Assembly (NCBI GenBank): GCA_965235115.1
Contig: OZ249436.1
Span: 27,096,001 to 27,160,000 of the forward strand
DNA length: 64,000 bases
Reading direction: 5' to 3'
DNA from: Laetmonice hystrix
Lineage: Eukaryota
Positions 29,040 through 45,200 of the stretch are shown one piece after another. Each line of letters starts with the position of its first letter. Positions within the stretch are counted from its first letter, which is position 1. A program made the translations under genes and the position numbers. The notes below the pieces were generated by a model. That model made no database searches, had not been told where the DNA came from, and saw only the letters and a program-made list of their open reading frames with translations.

Positions 29040-32000
29040 AATTCCCAACCCCTATAATATGGCTAACTGGCCGTGTGACGTTAACCCTAACCACTCAGCC
29101 AACACCTTCCCCCCTCTTTCCAATCCCAATGATATGGTTGACTGGCCCTCAGATGTTACCCCTAACCACTCAGCCAACACCCTTCATGTTCCCAATCCCC
29201 ATGATATGGCTGACTGGCCCTCACTCATTACCCCGAACCACTCAGCCAACACCCTCCCTCTTCCCAATCCCCATGATATGGCTGACTGGCCCTTAGACAT
29301 TACCCCGAACCACTCAGCCAACACCCTCCCTCTTCCCAATCCCCATGATATGGCTGACTGGCCCTCACTCATTACCCCGAACCACTCAGCCAACACCCTC
29401 CCTCTACCCAATCCCCATGATATGGCTGACTGGCCCTTAGCCATTACCCCGAACCACTCAGCCAACATCCTCCCTCTTCCCAATCCCCATGATATGGCTG
29501 ACTGGCCCTCAGACATTACCCCGAACCACTCAGCCAACACCCTCCCTCTTCCCAATCCCCATGATATGGCTGACTGGTCCTCAGACATTACCCCGAACCA
29601 CCCAGCCAACACCCTCCCTCTTTCCAATCCCCATGATATGGCTGACTGACCCTCAGACATTACCCCGAACCACTCAGCCAACACCCTCCCCTTCCCAATC
29701 CCATGATATGGCTGACTGGCCCTTAGACATTATCCCAAACCACCCAGCCAACACCCTCCCTCTTCCCAATCCCCATGATATGGCTGACTGTCCCTCAGAC
29801 ATTACCCCGAACCACTCAGCCAACACCCTCCCACTTCCCAATCCCCATGATATGGCTGACTGACCCTCAGACATTACCCCGAACCACTCAGCCAACACTC
29901 TCCCCCTTCCCAATCCCATGATATGGCTGACTGGCCCTCAGACATTACCCCGAACGACTGAGCCAACACGCTCCCTCTTCCCAATCCCCATGATATGGCT
30001 GAATGTCCCTCACACATTACCCCGAACCACTCAGCCAACCCCCTCCCTCTTCCCAATCCCCACGATATGGCTGACTGGCCCTTAGACATTACCCGGACCA
30101 CTCAGCCAACACCCTCCCTCTTGCCAATCCCCATGATATGCCTGACTGGCCCTTAGACATTACCCCGAACCACTCAGCCAACACCTTCCCCCCTCTTTCC
30201 AATCCCAATGATATGGTTGACTGGCCCTCAGATGTTACCCCTAACCACTCAGCCAACACCCTTCATGTTCCCAATCCCCATGATATGGCTGACTGACCCT
30301 CACTCATTACCCCGAACCACTCAGCCAACACCCTCCCTCTACCCAATCCCCATGATAACGCTGACTGGCCCTTAGACATTACCCCGAACCACTCAGCCAA
30401 CACCCTCCCTCTTCCCAATCCCCATGATATGGCTGACTGGCCCTCAGACATTACCCCGAACCACTCAGCCAACACCCTCCCTCTTCCCAATCCCCATGAT
30501 ATGGCTGACTGGCCCTCAGACATTACCCCGAACCACCCAGCCAACACCCTCCCACTTTCCAATCCCCATGATATGGCTGACTGACCCTCAGACATTACCC
30601 CGAACCACTCAGCCAACACCCTCCCCTTCCCAATCCCATGATATGGCTGACTGTCCCTCAGACATTACCCCGAACCACTCAGCCAACACCCTCCCTCTTC
30701 CCAATCCCCATGATATGGCTGACTGGCCCTCAGACATTACCCCGAACCACTCAACCAACACCCTCCCTCTTCCCAATCCCCATGATATGGCTGACTGGCC
30801 CTCAGACAATACCCCGAACCACCCAGCCAACACCCTCCCTCTTTCCAATCCCCATGATATGGCTGACTGACCCTCAGACATTACCCCGAACGACTGAGCC
30901 AACACGCTCCCTCTTCCCAATCCCCATGATATGGCTGAATGTCCCTCACACATTACCCCGAACCACTCAGCCAACCCCCTCCCTCTTCCCAATCCCCACG
31001 ATATGGCTGACTGGCCCTTAAAGTAGACATTACCTGGACCACTCAGCCAACACCCTCCCTCTTGCCAATCCCCATGATATGGCTGACTGGCCCTTAGACA
31101 TTACCCCGAACCACTCAGCCAACACCTTCCCCCCTCTTTCCAATCCCAATGATATGGTTGACTGGCCCTCAGATGTTACCCCTAACCACTCAGCCAACAC
31201 CCTTCATGTTCCCAATCCCCATGATATGGCTGACTGGCCCTCACTCATTACCCCGAACCACTCAGCCAACACCCTCCCTCTACCCAATCCCCATGATATG
31301 GCTGACTGGCCCTTAGCCATTACCCCGAACCACTCAGCCAACATCCTCCCTCTTCCCAATCCCCATGATATGGCTGACTGGCCCTCAGACATTACCCCGA
31401 ACCACTCAGCCAACACCCTCCCTCTTCCCAATCCCCATGATATGGCTGACTGGTCCTCAGACATTACCCCGAACCACCCAGCCAACACCCTCCCTCTTTC
31501 CAATCCCCATGATATGGCTGACTGACCCTCAGACATTACCCCGAACCACTCAGCCAACACCCTCCCCTTCCCAATCCCATGATATGGCTGACTGGCCCTT
31601 AGACATTATCCCAAACCACCCAGCCAACACCCTCCCTCTTCCCAATCCCCATGATATGGCTGACTGTCCCTCAGACATTACCCCGAACCACTCTGCCAAC
31701 ACCCTCCCACTTCCCAATCCCCATGATATGGCTGACTGACCCTCAGACATTACCCCGAACCACTCAGCCAACACTCTCCCCCTTCCCAATCCCATGATAT
31801 GGCTGACTGGCCCTCAGACATTACCCCGAACGACTGAGCCAACACGCTCCCTCTTCCCAATCCCCATGATATGGCTGAATGTCCCTCACACATTACCCCG
31901 AACCACTCAGCCAACCCCCTCCCTCTTCCCAATCCCCACGATATGGCTGACTGGCCCTTAGACATTACCCGGACCACTCAGCCAACACCCTCCCTCTTGC

Positions 32001-35000
32001 CAATCCCCATGATATGGCTGACTGGCCCTTAGACATTACCCCGAACCACTCAGCCAACACCTTCCCCCCTCTTTCCAATCCCAATGATATGGTTGACTGG
32101 CCCTCAGATGTTACCCCTAACCACTCAGCCAACACCCTTCATGTTCCCAATCCCCATGATATGGCTGACTGACCCTCACTCATTACCCCGAACCACTCAG
32201 CCAACACCCTCCCTCTACCCAATCCCCATGATAACGCTGACTGGCCCTTAGACATTACCCCGAACCACTCAGCCAACACCCTCCCTCTTCCCAATCCCCA
32301 TGATATGGCTGACTGGCCCTCAGACATTACCCCGAACCACTCAGCCAACACCCTCCCTCTTCCCAATCCCCATGATATGGCTGACTGGCCCTCAGACATT
32401 ACCCCGAACCACCCAGCCAACACCCTCCCTCTTTCCAATCCCCATGATATGGCTGACTGACCCTCAGACATTACCCCGAACCACTCAGCCAACACCCTCC
32501 CTCTTCCCAATCCCCATGATATGGCTGACTTGCCCTCAGACATTACCCCGAACCACTCAGCCAACACCCTCCCTCTTTCTAATCCCCATGATATGGCTGA
32601 CTGGCCTTCAGACATTACCCCGAACCACTCAGCCAACACCCCCCCCCCTTCCCAATCCCCATGATATGGCTGACTGGCCCTGAGACATTACCCCGAACCA
32701 CCCAGCCAACCCCCTCCCTCTTCCCAATCCCCATGATATGGCTGACTGGCGCTTAGTCATTAACCCGAACCACTCAGCCAACACCTTCATCCCTTCACAA
32801 TCTCCATGATATGGCCGACTGGCCCTTAGACATTACCCCGAACCACTCAGCCAACACCCTCCCTCTTGCCAATCCCCATGATATGGCTGACTGGCCCTTA
32901 GACATTACCCCGAACCACTCAGCCAACACATTCCCCCCTCTTCCCAATCCCCATGATATGGCTGACTGGCCCTTAGACATTACCCCGAACCACTCAGCCA
33001 ACACCCTCCCCCTTCCCAATCCCCATGATATGGCTGACTGGCCCTTAGACATTACCCCGAACCACTCAGCCAACACCCTCTCTCTTCCCAATCCCCATGA
33101 TATGGCTGACTGGCCCTTAGACATTACCCCGAACCACTCAGCCAACACATTCCCCCCTCTTCCCAATCCCCATGATATGGCTGACTGGCCCTTAGACATT
33201 ACCCCGAACCACTCAGCCAACACCCTCCCTCTTCCCAATCCCCATGATATGGCTGACTGGCCCTTAGACATTACCCCGAACCACTCAGCCAACACCTTCC
33301 CCCCTCTTTCCAATCCCAATGATATGGTTGACTGGCCCTCAGACATTACCCCGAACCACTCAGTCAACACCCTCCCCCTTCCCAATCCCCATGATATGGC
33401 TGACTGGCCCTTAGACATTACCCCGAACCACGCAGCCAACACCCTCCCTCTTCCCAATCCCCATGATATGGCTGACTGTCCCTCAGACATTACCCCGAAG
33501 CACTCAGCCAACACCCTCCCTCTTCCCAATCCCCATGATATGGCTGACTGGCCCTCAGACATTACCCCGAACCACTCAGCCAACACCCTCCCTCTTCCCA
33601 ATCCCCACGATATGGCTGACTGGCCCTTAGACATTACCCGGACCACTCAGCCAACACCCTCCCTCTTGCCAATCCCCATGATATGGCTGACTGGCCCTTA
33701 GACATTATCCCAAAGCACCCAGCCAACACCCTCCCCCGTCCCAATCCCCATGATATGGCTGACTGGTCCTCAGACAACACCCTCCCTCTTCCCAATCCCC
33801 ATGATATGGCTGACTGGCCCTCAGACATTACCCCGAACCACTCAGCCAACACCCTCCCTCTTCCCAATCCCCATGATATGGCTGACTGGCCCTGAGACAT
33901 TACCCCGAACCACTCAGCCAACACCCTCCCTCTTCCCAATCCCCATGATATGGCTGACTGGCCCTTAGACATTACCCCGAACCACTCAGCCAACACCCTC
34001 TCTCTTTCCAATCCCCATGATATGGCTGACTGGCCCTTAGACATTACCCCGAACCACTCAGCCAACACCCTCTCTCTTCCCAATCCCCATGATATGGCTG
34101 ACTGGCCCTTAGACATTACCCCGAACCACTCAGCCAACACCCTCCCACTTCCCAATCCCCATGATATGGCTGACCGGCCCTTAGACATTACCCCGAAACA
34201 CTCAGCCAACACCTTCATCCCTTCACAATCTCCATGATATGGCCGACTGGCCCTTAGACATTACCCCGAACCACTCAGCCAACACCCTCCCTCTTGCCAA
34301 TCCCCATGATATGGCTGACTGGCCCTTAGACATTACCCCGAACCACTCAGCCAACACATTCCCCCCTCTTCCCAATCCCCATGATATGGCTGACTGGCCC
34401 TTAGACATTACCCCGAACCACTCAGCCAACACCCTCCCCCTTCCCAATCCCCATGATATGGCTGACTGGCCCTTAGACATTACCCCGAACCACTCAGCCA
34501 ACACCCTCTCTCTTCCCAATCCCCATGATATGGCTGACTGGCCCTTAGACATTACCCCGAACCACTCAGCCAACACCCTCCCTCTTCCCAATCCCCATGA
34601 TATGGCTGACTGGCCCTCAGACATTACCCCGAACCACTCAGCCAACACCCTCCCTCTTCCCAATCCCCATGATATGGCTGACTGGCCCTTAGACATTACC
34701 CCGAACCACTCAGCCAACACCCTCTCTCTTTCCAATCCCCATGATATGGCTGACTGGCCCTTAGACATTACCCCGAACCACTCAGCCAACACCCTCTCTC
34801 TTCCCAATCCCCATGATATGGCTGACTGGCCCTTAGACATTACCCCGAACCACTCAGCCAACACCCTCCCACTTCCCAATCCCCATGATATGGCTGACCG
34901 GCCCTTAGACATTACCCCGAAACACTCAGCCAACACCTTCATCCCTTCACAATCTCCATGATATGGCCGACTGGCCCTTAGACATTACCCCGAACCACTC

Positions 35001-38000
35001 AGCCAACACCCTCCCTCTTGCCAATCCCCATGATATGGCTGACTGGCCCTTAGACATTACCCCGAACCACTCAGCCAACACATTCCCCCCTCTTCCCAAT
35101 CCCCATGATATGGCTGACTGGCCCTTAGACATTACCCCGAACCACTCAGCCAACACCCTCCCCCTTCCCAATCCCCATGATATGGCTGACTGGCCCTTAG
35201 ACATTACCCCGAACCACTCAGCCAACACCCTCTCTCTTCCCAATCCCCATGATATGGCTGACTGGCCCTTAGACATTACCCCGAACCACTCAGCCAACAC
35301 ATTCCCCCCTCTTCCCAATCCCCATGATATGGCTGACTGGCCCTTAGACATTACCCCGAACCACTCAGCCAACACCCTCCCTCTTCCCAATCCCCATGAT
35401 ATGGCTGACTGGCCCTTAGACATTACCCCGAACCACTCAGCCAACACCTTCCCCCCTCTTTCCAATCCCAATGATATGGTTGACTGGCCCTCAGACATTA
35501 CCCCGAACCACTCAGTCAACACCCTCCCCCTTCCCAATCCCCATGATATGGCTGACTGGCCCTTAGACATTACCCCGAACCACGCAGCCAACACCCTCCC
35601 TCTTCCCAATCCCCATGATATGGCTGACTGTCCCTCAGACATTACCCCGAAGCACTCAGCCAACACCCTCCCTCTTCCCAATCCCCATGATATGGCTGAC
35701 TGGCCCTCAGACATTACCCCGAACCACTCAGCCAACAGCCTCCCCCTTCCCAATCCCCATGATATGGCTGACTGGCCCTTAGACATTACCCCGAACCACT
35801 CAGCCAACCCCCTCCCTCTTCCCAATCCCCACGATATGGCTGACTGGCCCTTAGACATTACCCGGACCACTCAGCCAACACCCTCCCTCTTGCCAATCCC
35901 CATGATATGGCTGACTGGCCCTTAGACATTACCCCGAACCACTCAGCCAACACCTTCCCCCCTTTTTCCAATCCCAATGATATGGTTGACAGGCCCTGAG
36001 ATGTTACCCCTAACCACTCAGCCAACATCCTCCCTCTTCCCAATCCCCATGATATGGCTGACTGGCCCTCAGTCATTACCCCGAACCACTCAGCCAACAC
36101 CCTCCCTCTTCCCAATCCCCATGATATGGCTGACTGGCCCTTAGACATTACACCGAACCACTCAGCCAACACCCTCCCTCTACGCAATCCCCATGAAATG
36201 GCTGACTGGCCCTTAGACATTACCCCGAACCACCCAACCAACACCCTCCCTCTTCCCAATCCCCATGATATGGCTGACTGGCCCTTAGACATTACCCCGA
36301 ACCACTCAGCCAACACCCTCCCTCTTCCCAATCCCCATGATATGGCTGACTGGCGCTTAGTCATTACCCCGAACCACTCAGCCAACACCCTCCCACTTCC
36401 CAATCCCCATGATATGGCTGACTGGCCCTTAGACATTACCCGGACCACTCAGCCAACACCCTCCCTCTTCCCAATCCCCATGATATGGCTGACTGGCCCT
36501 TAGACATTACCCCGAACCACTCAGCCAACACCCTCCCTCTTCCCAATCCCCATGATATGGCTGACTTGCCCTCAGACATTACCCCGAACCACTCAGCCAA
36601 CACCCTCCCTCTTTCTAATCCCCATGATATGGCTGACTGGCCTTCAGACATTACCCCGAACCACTCAGCCAACACCCCCCCCCCCCTTCCCAATCCCCAT
36701 GATATGGCTGACTGGCCCTGAGACATTACCCCGAACCACCCAGCCAACCCCCTCCCTCTTCCCAATCCCCATGATATGGCTGACTGGCGCTTAGTCATTA
36801 ACCCGAACCACTCAGCCAACCCCCTCCCTCTTCCCAATCCCCACGATATGGCTGACTGGCCCTTAAAGTAGACATTACCCGGACCACTCAGCCAACACCC
36901 TCCCTCTTGCCAATCCCCATGATATGGCTGACTGGCCCTTAGACATTACCCCGAACCACTCAGCCAACACCTTCCCCCCTCTTTCCAATCCCAATGATAT
37001 GGTTGACTGGCCCTCAGATGTTACCCCTAACCACTCAGCCAACACCCTTCATGTTCCCAATCCCCATGATATGGCTGACTGGCCCTCACTCATTACCCCG
37101 AACCACTCAGCCAACACGCTCCCTCTTCCCAATCCCCATGATATGGCTGAATGTCCCTCACACATTACCCCGAACCACTCAGCCAACCCCCTCCCTCTTC
37201 CCAATCCCCACGATATGGCTGACTGGCCCTTAAAGTAGACATTACCCGGACCACTCAGCCAACACCCTCCCTCTTGCCAATCCCCATGATATGGCTGACT
37301 GGCCCTTAGACATTACCCCGAACCACTCAGCCAACACCTTCCCCCCTCTTTCCAATCCCAATGATATGGTTGACTGGCCCTCAGATGTTACCCCTAACCA
37401 CTCAGCCAACACCCTTCATGTTCCCAATCCCCATGATATGGCTGACTGGCCCTCACTCATTACCCCGAACCACTCAGCCAACACCCTCCCTCTACCCAAT
37501 CCCCATGATATGGCTGACTGGCCCTTAGCCATTACCCCGAACCACTCAGCCAACATCCTCCCTCTTCCCAATCCCCATGATATGGCTGACTGGCCCTCAG
37601 ACATTACCCCGAACCACTCAGCCAACACCCTCCCTCTTCCCAATCCCCATGATATGGCTGACTGGTCCTCAGACATTACCCCGAACCACCCAGCCAACAC
37701 CCTCCCTCTTTCCAATCCCCATGATATGGCTGACTGACCCTCAGACATTACCCCGAACCACTCAGCCAACACCCTCCCCTTCCCAATCCCATGATATGGC
37801 TGACTGGCCCTTAGATATTATCCCAAACCACCCAGCCAACACCCTCCCTCTTCCCAATCCCCATGATATGGCTGACTGTCCCTCAGACATTACCCCGAAC
37901 CACTCAGCCAACACCCTCCCACTTCCCAATCCCCATGATATGGCTGACTGACCCTCAGACATTACCCCGAACCACTCAGCCAACACTCTCCCCCTTCCCA

Positions 38001-41000
38001 ATCCCATGATATGGCTGACTGGCCCTCAGACATTACCCCGAACGACTGAGCCAACACGCTCCCTCTTCCCAATCCCCATGATATGGCTGAATGTCCCTCA
38101 CACATTACCCCGAACCACTCAGCCAACCCCCTCCCTCTTCCCAATCCCCACGATATGGCTGACTGGCCCTTAGACATTACCCGGACCACTCAGCCAACAC
38201 CCTCCCTCTTGCCAATCCCCATGATATGGCTGACTGGCCCTTAGACATTACCCCGAACCACTCAGCCAACACCTTCCCCCCTCTTTCCAATCCCAATGAT
38301 ATGGTTGACTGGCCCTCAGATGTTACCCCTAACCACTCAGCCAACACCCTTCATGTTCCCAATCCCCATGATATGGCTGACTGACCCTCACTCATTACCC
38401 CGAACCACTCAGCCAACACCCTCCCTCTACCCAATCCCCATGATAACGCTGACTGGCCCTTAGACATTACCCCGAACCACTCAGCCAACACCCTCCCTCT
38501 TCCCAATCCCCATGATATGGCTGACTGGCCCTCAGACATTACCCCGAACCACTCAGCCAACACCCTCCCTCTTCCCAATCCCCATGATATGGCTGACTGG
38601 CCCTCAGACATTACCCCGAACCACCCAGCCAACACCCTCCCACTTTCCAATCCCCATGATATGGCTGACTGACCCTCAGACATTACCCCGAACCACTCAG
38701 CCAACACCCTCCCCTTCCCAATCCCATGATATGGCTGACTGTCCCTCAGACATTACCCCGAACCACTCAGCCAACACCCTCCCTCTTCCCAATCCCCATG
38801 ATATGGCTGACTGGCCCTCAGACATTACCCCGAACCACTCAACCAACACCCTCCCTCTTCCCAATCCCCATGATATGGCTGACTGGCCCTCAGACAATAC
38901 CCCGAACCACCCAGCCAACACCCTCCCTCTTTCCAATCCCCATGATATGGCTGACTGACCCTCAGACATTACCCCGAACGACTGAGCCAACACGCTCCCT
39001 CTTCCCAATCCCCATGATATGGCTGAATGTCCCTCACACATTACCCCGAACCACTCAGCCAACCCCCTCCCTCTTCCCAATCCCCACGATATGGCTGACT
39101 GGCCCTTAAAGTAGACATTACCCGGACCACTCAGCCAACACCCTCCCTCTTGCCAATCCCCATGATATGGCTGACTGGCCCTTAGACATTACCCCGAACC
39201 ACTCAGCCAACACCTTCCCCCCTCTTTCCAATCCCAATGATATGGTTGACTGGCCCTCAGATGTTACCCCTAACCACTCAGCCAACACCCTTCATGTTCC
39301 CAATCCCCATGATATGGCTGACTGGCCCTCACTCATTACCCCGAACCACTCAGCCAACACCCTCCCTCTACCCAATCCCCATGATATGGCTGACTGGCCC
39401 TTAGCCATTACCCCGAACCACTCAGCCAACATCCTCCCTCTTCCCAATCCCCATGATATGGCTGACTGGCCCTCAGACATTACCCCGAACCACTCAGCCA
39501 ACACCCTCCCTCTTCCCAATCCCCATGATATGGCTGACTGGTCCTCAGACATTACCCCGAACCACCCAGCCAACACCCTCCCTCTTTCCAATCCCCATGA
39601 TATGGCTGACTGACCCTCAGACATTACCCCGAACCACTCAGCCAACACCCTCCCCTTCCCAATCCCATGATATGGCTGACTGGCCCTTAGACATTATCCC
39701 AAACCACCCAGCCAACACCCTCCCTCTTCCCAATCCCCATGATATGGCTGACTGTCCCTCAGACATTACCCCGAACCACTCTGCCAACACCCTCCCACTT
39801 CCCAATCCCCATGATATGGCTGACTGACCCTCAGACATTACCCCGAACCACTCAGCCAACACTCTCCCCCTTCCCAATCCCATGATATGGCTGACTGGCC
39901 CTCAGACATTACCCCGAACGACTGAGCCAACACGCTCCCTCTTCCCAATCCCCATGATATGGCTGAATGTCCCTCACACATTACCCCGAACCACTCAGCC
40001 AACCCCCTCCCTCTTCCCAATCCCCACGATATGGCTGACTGGCCCTTAGACATTACCCGGACCACTCAGCCAACACCCTCCCTCTTGCCAATCCCCATGA
40101 TATGGCTGACTGGCCCTTAGACATTACCCCGAACCACTCAGCCAACACCTTCCCCCCTCTTTCCAATCCCAATGATATGGTTGACTGGCCCTCAGATGTT
40201 ACCCCTAACCACTCAGCCAACACCCTTCATGTTCCCAATCCCCATGATATGGCTGACTGACCCTCACTCATTACCCCGAACCACTCAGCCAACACCCTCC
40301 CTCTACCCAATCCCCATGATAACGCTGACTGGCCCTTAGACATTACCCCGAACCACTCAGCCAACACCCTCCCTCTTCCCAATCCCCATGATATGGCTGA
40401 CTGGCCCTCAGACATTACCCCGAACCACTCAGCCAACACCCTCCCTCTTCCCAATCCCCATGATATGGCTGACTGGCCCTCAGACATTACCCCGAACCAC
40501 CCAGCCAACACCCTCCCTCTTTCCAATCCCCATGATATGGCTGACTGACCCTCAGACATTACCCCGAACCACTCAGCCAACACCCTCCCCTTCCCAATCC
40601 CATGATATGGCTGACTGTCCCTCAGACATTACCCCGAACCACTCAGCCAACACCCTCCCTCTTCCCAATCCCCATGATATGGCTGACTGGCCCTCAGACA
40701 TTACCCCGAACCACTCAACCAACACCCTCCCTCTTCCCAATCCCCATGATATGGCTGACTGGCCCTCAGACAATACCCCGAACCACCCAGCCAACACCCT
40801 CCCTCTTTCCAATCCCCATGATATGGCTGACTGACCCTCAGACATTACCCCGAACCACTCAGCCAACACTCTCCCCCTTCCCAATCCCATGATATGACTG
40901 ACTGGCCCTCAGACATTACCCCGAACGACTGAGCCAACACGCTCCCTCTTCCCAATCCCCATGATATGGCTGAATGTCCCTCACACATTACCCCGAACCA

Positions 41001-41580
41001 CTCAGCCAACCCCCTCCCTCTTCCCAATCCCCACGATATGGCTGACTGGCCCTTAGACATTACCCGGACCACTCAGCCAACACCCTCCCTCTTGCCAATC
41101 CCCATGATATGGCTGACTGGCCCTTAGACATTACCCCGAACCACTCAGCCAACACCCTCCCTCTTCCCAATCCCCATGATATGGCTGACTGGCCCTCAGA
41201 CATTACCCCGAACCACCCAGCCAACACCCTCCCTCTTTCCAATCCCCATGATATGGCTGACTGACCCTCAGACATTACCCCGAACCACTCAGCCAACACC
41301 CTCCCCTTCCCAATCCCATGATATGGCTGACTGTCCCTCAGACATTACCCCGAACCACTCAGCCAACACCCTCCCTCTTCCCAATCCCCATGATATGGCT
41401 GACTGGCCCTCAGACATTACCCCGAACCACTCAACCAACACCCTCGCTCTTCCCAATCCCCATGATATGGCTGACTGGCCCTTAGACATTACCCCGAACC
41501 ACTCAGCCAACACCTTCCCCTCTTCCTAATCCCCATGATACGGCTGTCTGGCCCTAAGACATTCCCTCAAACCACTCAAC

Positions 41581-42202
41581 TAAATTCATCATTGTTGATT
41601 TTTACTATAGTCATTCAGTTACAACAAGACAAGAATTATATGTGTGCAGGGGTGGCGTCGTGACACAGTGCAGATATTTCATCTGAAGGGTCAACTCCCA
41701 CAAACTTTTTTTCATTGTTTTCTTCTGTGATTTTTTGGGTATTTTTCCCCTTTTCTTCTATACTACCACCTCCAACCACCCAGAGTGACGCTCCAGTACA
41801 GCGAAATTAAATTAACCTTGATATAAACACCCAGCAGACATATTTCAGTACTGCGACATCCATTACCCACAAACTTTTGTTTCATTTTTTTCTCTTTTGA
41901 TTTTTTGGGGCTATTTTTCGTTTTTCTTCTATACTACCACCTCCAACCAATCCTATATCCCCCTTCCCAATCCCTGACATGACTGATTGGTCTTCAGACA
42001 TTCCCTCCAAACACTTAGCCGACATCTCATCCCCTTCCCAATCCACATGCTGTGGCTGTCTGGCCCTCAGACATTACCTCTAACCACACAACCAACACCT
42101 TCCCCACACTCACTCCCACAGGGTGATGAAACGAATGGGGCCTATTGTGACCCGGGCCCCACGGGGAATGACAATGATCATAAATGATGATAAGATGACT
42201 CG
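41581..42202. repeat. Array interruption, copy 3
   Basis: Essentially identical to copy 1 at offset 22290. Confidence 0.95.
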
Positions 42203-45200
42203 AATTCCCAACCCCTATAATATGGCTAACTGGCCGTGTGACGTTAACCCTAACCACTCAGCCAACACCTTCCCCCCTCTTTCCAATCCCAATGATATGG
42301 TTGACTGGCCCTCAGATGTTACCCCTAACCACTCAGCCAACACCCTTCATGTTCCCAATCCCCATGATATGGCTGACTGGCCCTCACTCATTACCCCGAA
42401 CCACTCAGCCAACACCCTCCCTCTTCCCAATCCCCATGATATGGCTGACTGGCCCTTAGACATTACCCCGAACCACTCAGCCAACACCCTCCCTCTTCCC
42501 AATCCCCATGATATGGCTGACTGGCCCTCACTCATTACCCCGAACCACTCAGCCAACACCCTCCCTCTACCCAATCCCCATGATATGGCTGACTGGCCCT
42601 TAGCCATTACCCCGAACCACTCAGCCAACATCCTCCCTCTTCCCAATCCCCATGATATGGCTGACTGGCCCTCAGACATTACCCCGAACCACTCAGCCAA
42701 CACCCTCCCTCTTCCCAATCCCCATGATATGGCTGACTGGTCCTCAGACATTACCCCGAACCACCCAGCCAACACCCTCCCTCTTTCCAATCCCCATGAT
42801 ATGGCTGACTGACCCTCAGACATTACCCCGAACCACTCAGCCAACACCCTCCCCTTCCCAATCCCATGATATGGCTGACTGGCCCTTAGACATTATCCCA
42901 AACCACCCAGCCAACACCCTCCCTCTTCCCAATCCCCATGATATGGCTGACTGTCCCTCAGACATTACCCCGAACCACTCAGCCAACACCCTCCCACTTC
43001 CCAATCCCCATGATATGGCTGACTGACCCTCAGACATTACCCCGAACCACTCAGCCAACACTCTCCCCCTTCCCAATCCCATGATATGGCTGACTGGCCC
43101 TCAGACATTACCCCGAACGACTGAGCCAACACGCTCCCTCTTCCCAATCCCCATGATATGGCTGAATGTCCCTCACACATTACCCCGAACCACTCAGCCA
43201 ACCCCCTCCCTCTTCCCAATCCCCACGATATGGCTGACTGGCCCTTAGACATTACCCGGACCACTCAGCCAACACCCTCCCTCTTGCCAATCCCCATGAT
43301 ATGCCTGACTGGCCCTTAGACATTACCCCGAACCACTCAGCCAACACCTTCCCCCCTCTTTCCAATCCCAATGATATGGTTGACTGGCCCTCAGATGTTA
43401 CCCCTAACCACTCAGCCAACACCCTTCATGTTCCCAATCCCCATGATATGGCTGACTGACCCTCACTCATTACCCCGAACCACTCAGCCAACACCCTCCC
43501 TCTACCCAATCCCCATGATAACGCTGACTGGCCCTTAGACATTACCCCGAACCACTCAGCCAACACCCTCCCTCTTCCCAATCCCCATGATATGGCTGAC
43601 TGGCCCTCAGACATTACCCCGAACCACTCAGCCAACACCCTCCCTCTTCCCAATCCCCATGATATGGCTGACTGGCCCTCAGACATTACCCCGAACCACC
43701 CAGCCAACACCCTCCCACTTTCCAATCCCCATGATATGGCTGACTGACCCTCAGACATTACCCCGAACCACTCAGCCAACACCCTCCCCTTCCCAATCCC
43801 ATGATATGGCTGACTGTCCCTCAGACATTACCCCGAACCACTCAGCCAACACCCTCCCTCTTCCCAATCCCCATGATATGGCTGACTGGCCCTCAGACAT
43901 TACCCCGAACCACTCAACCAACACCCTCCCTCTTCCCAATCCCCATGATATGGCTGACTGGCCCTCAGACAATACCCCGAACCACCCAGCCAACACCCTC
44001 CCTCTTTCCAATCCCCATGATATGGCTGACTGACCCTCAGACATTACCCCGAACGACTGAGCCAACACGCTCCCTCTTCCCAATCCCCATGATATGGCTG
44101 AATGTCCCTCACACATTACCCCGAACCACTCAGCCAACCCCCTCCCTCTTCCCAATCCCCACGATATGGCTGACTGGCCCTTAAAGTAGACATTACCCGG
44201 ACCACTCAGCCAACACCCTCCCTCTTGCCAATCCCCATGATATGGCTGACTGGCCCTTAGACATTACCCCGAACCACTCAGCCAACACCTTCCCCCCTCT
44301 TTCCAATCCCAATGATATGGTTGACTGGCCCTCAGATGTTACCCCTAACCACTCAGCCAACACCCTTCATGTTCCCAATCCCCATGATATGGCTGACTGG
44401 CCCTCACTCATTACCCCGAACCACTCAGCCAACACCCTCCCTCTACCCAATCCCCATGATATGGCTGACTGGCCCTTAGCCATTACCCCGAACCACTCAG
44501 CCAACATCCTCCCTATTCCCAATCCCCATGATATGGCTGACTGGCCCTCAGACATTACCCCGAACCACTCAGCCAACACCCTCCCTCTTCCCAATCCCCA
44601 TGATATGGCTGACTGGTCCTCAGACATTACCCCGAACCACCCAGCCAACACCCTCCCTCTTTCCAATCCCCATGATATGGCTGACTGACCCTCAGACATT
44701 ACCCCGAACCACTCAGCCAACACCCTCCCCTTCCCAATCCCATGATATGGCTGACTGGCCCTTAGACATTATCCCAAACCACCCAGCCAACACCCTCCCT
44801 CTTCCCAATCCCCATGATATGGCTGACTGTCCCTCAGACATTACCCCGAACCACTCTGCCAACACCCTCCCACTTCCCAATCCCCATGATATGGCTGACT
44901 GACCCTCAGACATTACCCCGAACCACTCAGCCAACACTCTCCCCCTTCCCAATCCCATGATATGGCTGACTGGCCCTCAGACATTACCCCGAACGACTGA
45001 GCCAACACGCTCCCTCTTCCCAATCCCCATGATATGGCTGAATGTCCCTCACACATTACCCCGAACCACTCAGCCAACCCCCTCCCTCTTCCCAATCCCC
45101 ACGATATGGCTGACTGGCCCTTAGACATTACCCGGACCACTCAGCCAACACCCTCCCTCTTGCCAATCCCCATGATATGGCTGACTGGCCCTTAGACATT

